Shown in pieces: positions 57,526 to 64,000 of a DNA stretch of 64,000 nucleotides. The notes below the pieces were generated by a model, which searched no databases, was not told the DNA's origin, and saw nothing but the letters and a program-made list of their open reading frames with translations. The stretch is taken from NCBI GenBank assembly GCA_015231265.1, contig JADGBX010000001.1, positions 23,311 to 87,310 of the forward strand, given 5' to 3'. The stretch comes from Magnetococcales bacterium (GTDB lineage Bacteria > Pseudomonadota > Magnetococcia > Magnetococcales > JADGBX01). A program made the translations under genes and the position numbers. Within the stretch, counting starts at the first letter, position 1; each line of letters begins with the position of its first letter.

Positions 57526-57843
57526 ATGAAAAAATCCCTGGATATCAACGAAATATGCACAGCTCTCCAGGAGCTGGAATCTCAAGTCCGTGCTTTGAGC
57601 CACTGGAAGGTGGAGGCGGAGGCACAGTTGGAACAGCTCTCGGATCGCAATGCTGCCCTCCAACGTCAGTATCATCGGCTCAAAGAGAGCACCGACGATC
57701 GACTGCAACAACTTTCGAATCAGAATGCCGCGCTCATGAGCGCGCAAAACAGCGTTCAAGCTGGCGTTGGCGATGGACTGGAACAGCTCTCGGACAGAAC
57801 AGCCGCACTGCTTCGGAAATTCTCGAATCGGGAACACTCCTGA
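57526..57843 (+). CDS. small coiled-coil protein with internal repeats
   Basis: 105 aa with repeats LEQLSDRNAALQRQ / LQQLSNQNAALMSAQ / LEQLSDRTAALLRK. The DNA repeat GGAACAGCTCTCGGA occurs at 57630-57644 and 57780-57794. A ~420-bp AT-richer intergenic region lies upstream. Confidence 0.5.
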   Translation: MKKSLDINEICTALQELESQVRALSHWKVEAEAQLEQLSDRNAALQRQYHRLKESTDDRLQQLSNQNAALMSAQNSVQAGVGDGLEQLSDRTAALLRKFSNREHS

Positions 57844-57926
57844 CCACTGGCCTCTCGCCGCATGTCCGGAATACCCGCGCCTATCGTCTCTGATCCACAT
57901 CTCCGGCAATCAGACCGCTACCCGGT

Positions 57927-60900
57927 TCACTCCAGAGCAGAGATCTGCTCGTCAATTGCTGCAAGCAACGCTTTTTTACGCACGGGTTTAGAAAGGTAGA
58001 GATCACACCCGGCTGCCAGCGCCTCCTCCTCAGCTTCACGCATGGCATGAGCCGTCAATGCCACCACGCGTGCCCGCCTCCAGCTCTTTGTTTGTTCCAG
58101 TTCACGCAAATTCCGTGTGGCAGTATACCCATCCATCACCGGCATCTGCACATCCATCAAGACCAGATCAACACCACCCTTCTCGAAGATGGTGAGCGCC
58201 TGCAATCCGTTCTCTGCTTCTAAAACATGGTGTGAGGTCCGCTTGAGAAACGCTTGAACCAAGAGACGGTTGTCCGGGGAATCATCGACAAGCAGAATCG
58301 TTATCGTCTCGGTGTTGTCTTCAGAATTGTCTTCAGAGTTGTGTTCAGATTCAACATCATCACTCTTGGCCGGAAGTGTCGATGCCTCGGAGGAGTGAAG
58401 ATCATTGATACCAGGGGTCTCATCAACAGTCTCTACAGTCCGGGGAGTGTCCGACAGCTCTCTGGACTGAGCACCACTCTCCACAGCCGGCAGGGGCAGC
58501 GTGAAGGAGAAGAGACTCCCCTCCCCCAGATGACTCTCCACATGAATACCTCCCCCCATCAGCTCCACAAGCCGACGGCAGATGGTCAGACCGAGTCCCG
58601 TCCCACCAAACTGTCTTGATACCGAAGCATCTGCCTGCGTAAAGGGGTCGAACACCGTTGCCAACTTCTCTTTGGAGATGCCTACACCACTGTCCTGCAC
58701 GGAAAACCGGTAGAGATCGCCATCCCACCGTTCAATGCCAACGGTAACCGATCCCTGCTCGGTGAACTTGATGGCGTTGCCCACCAGATTCATCAACACT
58801 TGACGGATTCTATCCGGATCGCCAATGACTGGGTGCGAGACATCTCTCTCCACTTCAAGAACAAGGGAGATCCCTTTCTCCTGGGCCAGAAGATCGAGAA
58901 TCCCCACGACACCACCCGCCAATTCACTACTATCCATTGGCCGCGGATTCAGTTGGAGCTGTCCAGCTTCGATTTTCGAGAGATCCAAGATCTCATTGAT
59001 CAGCGCCAACAGCGTTTCGCCAGCCTGATTGATGGTCTCCAACCAAGTGCGCTGTTCATTGGAAATCGGCGCTTCAAGCAGCAGCTCTCCCATACCGAGA
59101 ATGGCGTTGATCGGAGTGCGAATTTCGTGGCTCATGGTGGCAAGAAAGGCACTTTTTGCAAGATTGGCCCGCTCCGCCTCCTGCTTTGCTTCCTTCAGCG
59201 CCTGTTCCGCTTGTTTCCGCGCAGTTATGTCCTCTTTGACAGCCAGATAGTTACTGATATTGCCGTCATCATCGTGAATCGGGCTGATGAGCGTGGATTC
59301 CCAGAACAGAGAGCCATCCTTGCGTCGGTTCAGCAGTTCACCACGCCAAGTACGACCAGAACTGATATCCTGCCACATCTCTTCATAGACGATCTGGGAT
59401 GTCGTCTCGGTCTTCAGGATGCGCGGATTTTGGCCCAACGCCTCCTTCATGGTGTATCCGGTCACCTCGGAAAAGCGCGGATTGACGTACTCGATCTTAC
59501 CATCAACATCAGTAATGACGGTCGTCACCGGGCTCTGTTGCACAGCCAGGAAAAACTTCTTCAACTCCGCCTCACTGCGTTTTCGTTCGGAAATATCCTG
59601 CTGAATGGCGATAAAGTGTTCAATACGGCCACTCTCGCCCCGCACCGGTGTGATGATGGATTCCTGATGATAGAGGGTGCCGTCTTTGCGACGGTTGACC
59701 ATCTCACCCTGCCAGACACCACCATCAAGAATGATATCCCACAACGTCTTGTAGAAGGCATCTCCATGCATACCGGAGCGAAGCAGTTTCGGCGTTTGGC
59801 CAACCACCTCATCATAGTCGTACCCCGACAGACGGAGAAAAGCGGAGTTAAACCACTCGATTCGACCATGGGCATCGGTGATGATAATGGCATTGGCCGC
59901 TGCTTCCAGAGCGGCAGCTTGCAGATGGATCTTCTCCTCGGCTTGACGAAGCTTGGTGATATCCTGGGCAGTTCCGAAGAGACGCTGCACCCCACCATTG
60001 CGATTGAGAACCGCCTCTGCACGCGTATGAATGATGCGGATCTCGCCATCGAAGCGAACGATCCGGAACTCCTGATCCGAACGCTCCAAATCACCGCTGA
60101 TCAGCGCATCCAACATGCCTTTAACGGAAACCGCATCATCCGGATGTGCCATATCAAACAGAGAGAGCTGCTCAGCCTCCATGCTACTGCCCAGTCCCAT
60201 GATCTTGAACATCGTCGGAGACCACGTCTCATTGTCGGTTTCAGGATCACGCTCCCAACTTCCGAGCTGTGCAAGATCCGAAGCAACGGCCAGGCGATGA
60301 CGGCTCTCTTTGAGGGCTGCTTCGGCATTGCGACGCCGCTCAAGATTCCGATAGCCCTGAATCATTGATGCGCAGGTTGCCAGAACCGGCTCCAGAAAAG
60401 CCAACACCGATCGGTCGAACCCCGATGACCGATTGGCAAGAACAATCTCACCGACGACTCTCTCCCCTCTCTTCAAGGGAATACCAAGAAACGACCTCAA
60501 CTGAGGATGGCCATCCGGCAGACCACTACCGCTTTTCGGGTGATCAGCCGGTGCATTGGTAGAGATCACCTCACCACTCCTGATCACGGTCCCGAACAGA
60601 TTATCCAGATCATGAAACTCCATCGTCTTCTGAGAGAACCGACCGACATACTTATGGATTTCCACATCTCTTTCGGTTGCGCTCATGGCATAGACGCGCA
60701 GATAGGAGCGGTTCTTGTCCGACTGGCGCACCTCGCCGATGAATCCATAGGCCGAATCCGTCAGTTTCAGAATATCGGTTAATAACGCATCGAAGAGTTT
60801 GAGCGGCTCTTCTTGGCTGATATAGAGTGCTTGAATCCTGTTGACGGTCTCAACCTGGAGTTCCAGAGTCCTTTTCGCCTCTCCCAAAGCCTCCTCGGCA

Positions 60901-61934
60901 CGAATTCTATCGGTCACATCCGTCGAGATATCACAGATCCCTTCCGGTTTGCCGTCTTTATCGCGAATGAGAAATTTGGTCACGATAAAACTGCGCTGCT
61001 CGCCTCTGAGAAGGAGATTCTCCTCGTACACCATGGGAATACCGGTCTCGATCACCTTCCTGTCACTGCGTTCGGAGCGCGCCGCACCATCCCTGGGGAT
61101 CAGATCACGGTCACACTTGCCCCGAATCTCATCCATCGGCATCTCCAGCAACTCGGCAAACCGGGTATTGGCCAGAAGATGGTGACCCTTGAGATCCTTG
61201 AGACGGATGAGTGCGTAACTGTTATCAATGATGGAGCGCAGTCGATTTCGGCTGGCGATGATCGCTTGGATGATCGGGTCGCTGGTTCGCATGAACAGAA
61301 AGACCCCAATCCCGACGACCACCAAACTCACCAACAGGACGGAGACCGTGGCCAGCAGAAAAGGCCTGCGGATTTCAGCCATGGAGATCTTCGCGACGAT
61401 ACCGAATCCAAACGCCGGAACTCCCGCATAAGCCGACAGCATCTCAATGCCATTCACATCGTGATGGATCATACTACCGGATTTCCCCGATAGAGCCTCA
61501 CGCATGGGACATTTGGAATGGGTGTTTTTTTGATGTGAATCGAAATTCGAAAACTCCTCGACCCCGGGGCGTAACAGAAAATGGTGGATTCTGTTGTCGC
61601 TATGCCGATGAGCAACCAACAATGCACCACTATCACCAAAGCCACGATACTTGGTATAGGCCCTGCGGATCTGCAGCCCGACCTTCTCAATGGCCCACTG
61701 AACTGCCCCTTCTCCGTCGATCCTCTCCCCCTGGCTGGCCCGTTTGGCTCTGAGGTCGGAGCGAATCATCTCCTCAATAATTCGGGCCTGCGCCTGCGCC
61801 AGATCCTCCAATCGATTCCGCTCGCCATCAATCGCCGTATTATATAGGATTCCGACAGCAACGCCTCCAACGATCAGAGCAACCAATGCCATGATCGTAA
61901 CCAACGCCCAGAGCCGTCGTGTGTCGGTATTCAT
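57927..61934 (-). CDS. hybrid sensor histidine kinase (periplasmic sensor, PAS-GAF-PAS x3, HisKA, HATPase_c, REC)
   Basis: Two TM segments flank a ~170-aa loop. Multiple PAS/PAC modules and a GAF domain follow. The H-box is FLATMSHEIRTPINAILG and the G-boxes are GGTGLGLTICRRLVELMGG. The linker is ESEHNSEDNSEDNTE. The receiver is ILLVDDSPDNR...DLVLMDVQMPVMDG...SKP. Confidence 0.9.
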   Translation of the reverse strand: MNTDTRRLWALVTIMALVALIVGGVAVGILYNTAIDGERNRLEDLAQAQARIIEEMIRSDLRAKRASQGERIDGEGAVQWAIEKVGLQIRRAYTKYRGFGDSGALLVAHRHSDNRIHHFLLRPGVEEFSNFDSHQKNTHSKCPMREALSGKSGSMIHHDVNGIEMLSAYAGVPAFGFGIVAKISMAEIRRPFLLATVSVLLVSLVVVGIGVFLFMRTSDPIIQAIIASRNRLRSIIDNSYALIRLKDLKGHHLLANTRFAELLEMPMDEIRGKCDRDLIPRDGAARSERSDRKVIETGIPMVYEENLLLRGEQRSFIVTKFLIRDKDGKPEGICDISTDVTDRIRAEEALGEAKRTLELQVETVNRIQALYISQEEPLKLFDALLTDILKLTDSAYGFIGEVRQSDKNRSYLRVYAMSATERDVEIHKYVGRFSQKTMEFHDLDNLFGTVIRSGEVISTNAPADHPKSGSGLPDGHPQLRSFLGIPLKRGERVVGEIVLANRSSGFDRSVLAFLEPVLATCASMIQGYRNLERRRNAEAALKESRHRLAVASDLAQLGSWERDPETDNETWSPTMFKIMGLGSSMEAEQLSLFDMAHPDDAVSVKGMLDALISGDLERSDQEFRIVRFDGEIRIIHTRAEAVLNRNGGVQRLFGTAQDITKLRQAEEKIHLQAAALEAAANAIIITDAHGRIEWFNSAFLRLSGYDYDEVVGQTPKLLRSGMHGDAFYKTLWDIILDGGVWQGEMVNRRKDGTLYHQESIITPVRGESGRIEHFIAIQQDISERKRSEAELKKFFLAVQQSPVTTVITDVDGKIEYVNPRFSEVTGYTMKEALGQNPRILKTETTSQIVYEEMWQDISSGRTWRGELLNRRKDGSLFWESTLISPIHDDDGNISNYLAVKEDITARKQAEQALKEAKQEAERANLAKSAFLATMSHEIRTPINAILGMGELLLEAPISNEQRTWLETINQAGETLLALINEILDLSKIEAGQLQLNPRPMDSSELAGGVVGILDLLAQEKGISLVLEVERDVSHPVIGDPDRIRQVLMNLVGNAIKFTEQGSVTVGIERWDGDLYRFSVQDSGVGISKEKLATVFDPFTQADASVSRQFGGTGLGLTICRRLVELMGGGIHVESHLGEGSLFSFTLPLPAVESGAQSRELSDTPRTVETVDETPGINDLHSSEASTLPAKSDDVESEHNSEDNSEDNTETITILLVDDSPDNRLLVQAFLKRTSHHVLEAENGLQALTIFEKGGVDLVLMDVQMPVMDGYTATRNLRELEQTKSWRRARVVALTAHAMREAEEEALAAGCDLYLSKPVRKKALLAAIDEQISALE

Positions 61935-62134
61935 TTGGTTACATAGACCGTGCGAGAACTGTTCGACGAATAGGGAAGATAAGACTCATAACGGCAGCTC
62001 TCAGTGAGGTACGCTCAATCGGAAGAGTTGGCATTGAGATTCTGTCAATAATGGCATACTTTTCCACTATCTTTAAATGGAAATGGCGCGAATCAAACAG
62101 TTCTGAGCTTTTCATTCCGGTTTGGGTTGCAAAC

Positions 62135-62887
62135 ATGCCTGCACAGCACACGACAGTCGGCATCATTATCGTCGGAGATGAACTACTCGGTGGTAAGCGA
62201 CAGGATCGCCACATGCCCCATGTCATCGATCGACTCCACCCCTTGGGCATGCGCGTGGCCTGGGTTTATATGATCGGAGATGAACGGCAAGCGCTTGCGC
62301 GGTTTCTGCGCCGCTCCTTTACCAATAAAGAGACCGTTTTCTGTTTTGGTGGTATTGGTGCCACACCGGACGATATTACACGTCAGGCGGCGGCCGATGC
62401 TCTGAACGTTTCACTGATCCGACATCCGGAAGCGGTCAGAGAGATTGAAAAACAGTTTGGCGAAACCGCCTACCCCCACCGCATCCTCATGGCGGAACTT
62501 CCACCACAAGCGGGAACTATTCCGAACGAATACAATGGGATTCCAGCTTTTTTCGTGGATCATCATTATTTCCTGCCCGGCTTTCCCGAGCTGGCGTGGC
62601 CAATGCTTGAGTGGGTGATCGAACACCGCCTTCCTCAATGCAACAGCCGTGAATCCGACACCTCTCTTATTGTGTCCGATATTGGTGAAAGCGTGCTGCT
62701 TCCCATCCTTGAAACGATGACGGAGAGATACCCGGAGGTGATCTTCTCCTCCCTTCCGCAGCTTCAACCGCTGAGGATCGAACTCGGACTACGCTCTCGA
62801 AATCCCGAGGCTCTCTCTCGTGCGGAACAGGATCTACACGACACTCTTCATCAAGAAGGAATCACCATATTCGTTCAGAACACTTGA
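62135..62887 (+). CDS. CinA-N / MoCF-biosynthesis (molybdopterin-binding) domain protein
   Basis: VGIIIVGDELLGGKRQDRHMPHV...VFCFGGIGATPDDITRQAAADAL matches. The start is taken at ATG 62135 (MPAQH). Confidence 0.7.
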   Translation: MPAQHTTVGIIIVGDELLGGKRQDRHMPHVIDRLHPLGMRVAWVYMIGDERQALARFLRRSFTNKETVFCFGGIGATPDDITRQAAADALNVSLIRHPEAVREIEKQFGETAYPHRILMAELPPQAGTIPNEYNGIPAFFVDHHYFLPGFPELAWPMLEWVIEHRLPQCNSRESDTSLIVSDIGESVLLPILETMTERYPEVIFSSLPQLQPLRIELGLRSRNPEALSRAEQDLHDTLHQEGITIFVQNT

Positions 62888-63018
62888 TCTTTCCCGATTC
62901 TCAACGCATTTTCCGACCATCGCACCTTCCAATGCCATTGCCATTTCTCCAATGAAACGTACACTGGTGGGACTCTTAACACCCAACCATCTCACACCGG
63001 TCAGGAAACCCCGTCACC

Positions 63019-63249
63019 ATGAGCACTCCGAAACGCACGCAACCTTACCGGCTCGACGTTAAAAAGGAAGAGACCGTTCAGATCTGCATCTGCGGACAGA
63101 CGGACTCCCCTCCCCTCTGCGACTGCTCCCACCCCGACCACACCGACCCCTTCGAATTTACACCGGAGAAGGATGAAACCTTAACCATCTGTGGGTGTGG
63201 GCGCAGTGACGCACTGCCTTGGTGCGACGGCAGCCATACCGAGTGCTGA
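63019..63249 (+). CDS. CDGSH-type iron-sulfur domain protein (two motifs)
   Basis: CICGQTDSPPLCDCSH and CGCGRSDALPWCDGSH fit C-x-C-x2-(S/T)-x3-P-x-C-D-(G/C)-S-H. Confidence 0.8.
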   Translation: MSTPKRTQPYRLDVKKEETVQICICGQTDSPPLCDCSHPDHTDPFEFTPEKDETLTICGCGRSDALPWCDGSHTEC

Positions 63250-63336
63250 TGCGGTGGCATGAAGAAGAGGGCAGTATCGGTTCATTCCTACCGAAACCAC
63301 TCATTGAACGTTGTTATGGTTAAATCTATTTTTTTA

Positions 63337-63365
63337 TTGACCTTTTTGCCAAAAATCAGTATAAA
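63337..63365 (+). promoter_or_regulatory. near-consensus sigma-70 promoter
   Basis: TTGACC (63337-63342), a 17-nt spacer, then TATAAA (63360-63365), preceded by a T-rich UP-like tract. It lies 70 nt upstream of the small ORF at 63435. Confidence 0.55.
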
Positions 63366-63434
63366 CTGTCTCTCACGGTCGCTCTTTCGACGCGGCTTTT
63401 GGCAGGTTCCACACACGCAACGGGAGGAGTATGC

Positions 63435-63572
63435 ATGAGTCTCTTGATTATTGTCGGTGGAACGGCGCTGCTTGTCTCGTTTGCGGTTCATTCGGCATTA
63501 AAATCGACACGTCATGTCCAGCCGGAACCGGTACGGATTCGGGTTGAAGCGAAACGCCGCCGCAGGCGATAG
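63435..63572 (+). CDS. possible 45-aa small membrane protein with poly-Arg tail
   Basis: It is not in the supplied ORF track (<60 aa). A GGGAGGAG SD lies 5 nt before the ATG. The translation MSLLIIVGGTALLVSFAVHSALKSTRHVQPEPVRIRVEAKRRRRR has one TM segment, and the ORF ends at TAG 63570-63572. Confidence 0.4.
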   Translation: MSLLIIVGGTALLVSFAVHSALKSTRHVQPEPVRIRVEAKRRRRR

Positions 63573-64000
63573 ACGTTCTGACACATTTACGATGATGTAC
63601 ACATTTTGAGACTGCCCTAGCTCGAAACGTGTGCCATACGTCGTTGCCTGGACAAGCCGTCCATGGCGGGGTCTCTACTCTCCTTCTCAACCCCTGCTGT
63701 GGGCGGCTTTTTCGTTCTGCTCATTCAAGACGTACAATCCCCTCCCACAACCACCCTTGTCCAGGCCGTCAATGCCATGACAAAGCGCCCCCCTTCGCCT
63801 GCTTATCCATTTCACCCTCCACATGCTTCTGAACGCTATTGTGACGGCAAACTGTTGATCACCAGAACAGTTTTTACATAATATTGCGTCTGGCACGGAA
63901 CTTGATCCACCACAATGCGGCCACCCCTATTTCAGACATCACGGATAGGTGGCGACAGAAGAAGAGTGGCCCGAAAGTGTGAAACCGGGGAGAGAGATTT

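Noticed and set aside
58300-58345. Short tandem DNA repeat (TGTCTTCAGA(A/G)T-like units) in the histidine-kinase gene, encoding NSEDNSEDNTE.
   Set aside because: It is an in-frame low-complexity linker between the HATPase and REC domains. This is ordinary linker expansion and not a separate feature.
63940-64000. Possible riboswitch or leader at the window edge (GCCACCCCTA...TAGGTGGC hairpin followed by GTGTGAAACCGGGGAGAG), compared mentally with cobalamin, TPP, c-di-GMP and fluoride riboswitch cores.
   Set aside because: None of the conserved cores (e.g. the B12 box, or AGGGAA...GGTGAAA..CC in proper register) is present. The element is also truncated by the window end.
1-64000. I searched by eye for CRISPR arrays, tRNA/rRNA/tmRNA genes, transposases, integrases, reverse transcriptases and toxin-antitoxin pairs.
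   Set aside because: I noticed no regularly spaced direct repeats and no cloverleaf-compatible intergenic segments. None of the ORF translations shows DDE, tyrosine-recombinase or RT motifs. This is a manual scan, so small RNAs may have been missed.

Overview
This 64-kb window looks like a chromosomal segment of a moderately GC-rich Gram-negative bacterium, probably a proteobacterium. Supporting features are a BamE lipoprotein, AmpG, a sigma-54 activator and a divergent bamE / ubiquinol-cytochrome-c-chaperone pair. I could not run homology searches. All calls rest on motif recognition in the supplied translations and on reading the DNA by eye. I support about 50 protein genes. I saw no rRNA, tRNA, CRISPR array, transposase, integrase or reverse transcriptase. 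Ordinary content includes gmd-fcl (GDP-fucose), pgk, ampG, pepN, cysM, cobB, thiO, an argA-like gene, mtaD plus an MTAP-family phosphorylase, and an M16 protease. Signalling genes are dense: a sigma-54 activator, a CheY-like REC, an MCP, HD-GYP, GAF-PP2C, PilZ, a Hanks kinase, and a 1335-aa hybrid histidine kinase. Six items deserve a second look. (1) A 1178-aa NLR-like STAND protein combines a CHAT-like N-domain whose His/Cys dyad appears lost, a P-loop NTPase and a TPR array. It heads a roughly 12-kb block (about 36.4-48.1 kb) of visibly lower GC that also carries a PPi-type PFK, a 1292-aa DUF3683/FAD/Fe-S oxidoreductase and pepN. (2) A protein fuses an N-terminal anchor, a Cache sensor and a C-terminal CheD-like deamidase-fold domain, with no second TM segment. 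(3) A 186-bp nested inverted-repeat element (MITE-like or structured RNA) lies near the right edge of the low-GC block. (4) An MCP carries both a CZB zinc module and a hemerythrin domain. (5) A four-gene cluster resembles a polyprenyl-phosphate glycosylation pathway with two methyltransferase modules. (6) A Ser/Thr kinase is fused to an FGE/SUMF1-like domain that lacks one catalytic Cys, downstream of an Arg-rich/acidic membrane protein. None of these is proven, and each entry lists a decisive test.
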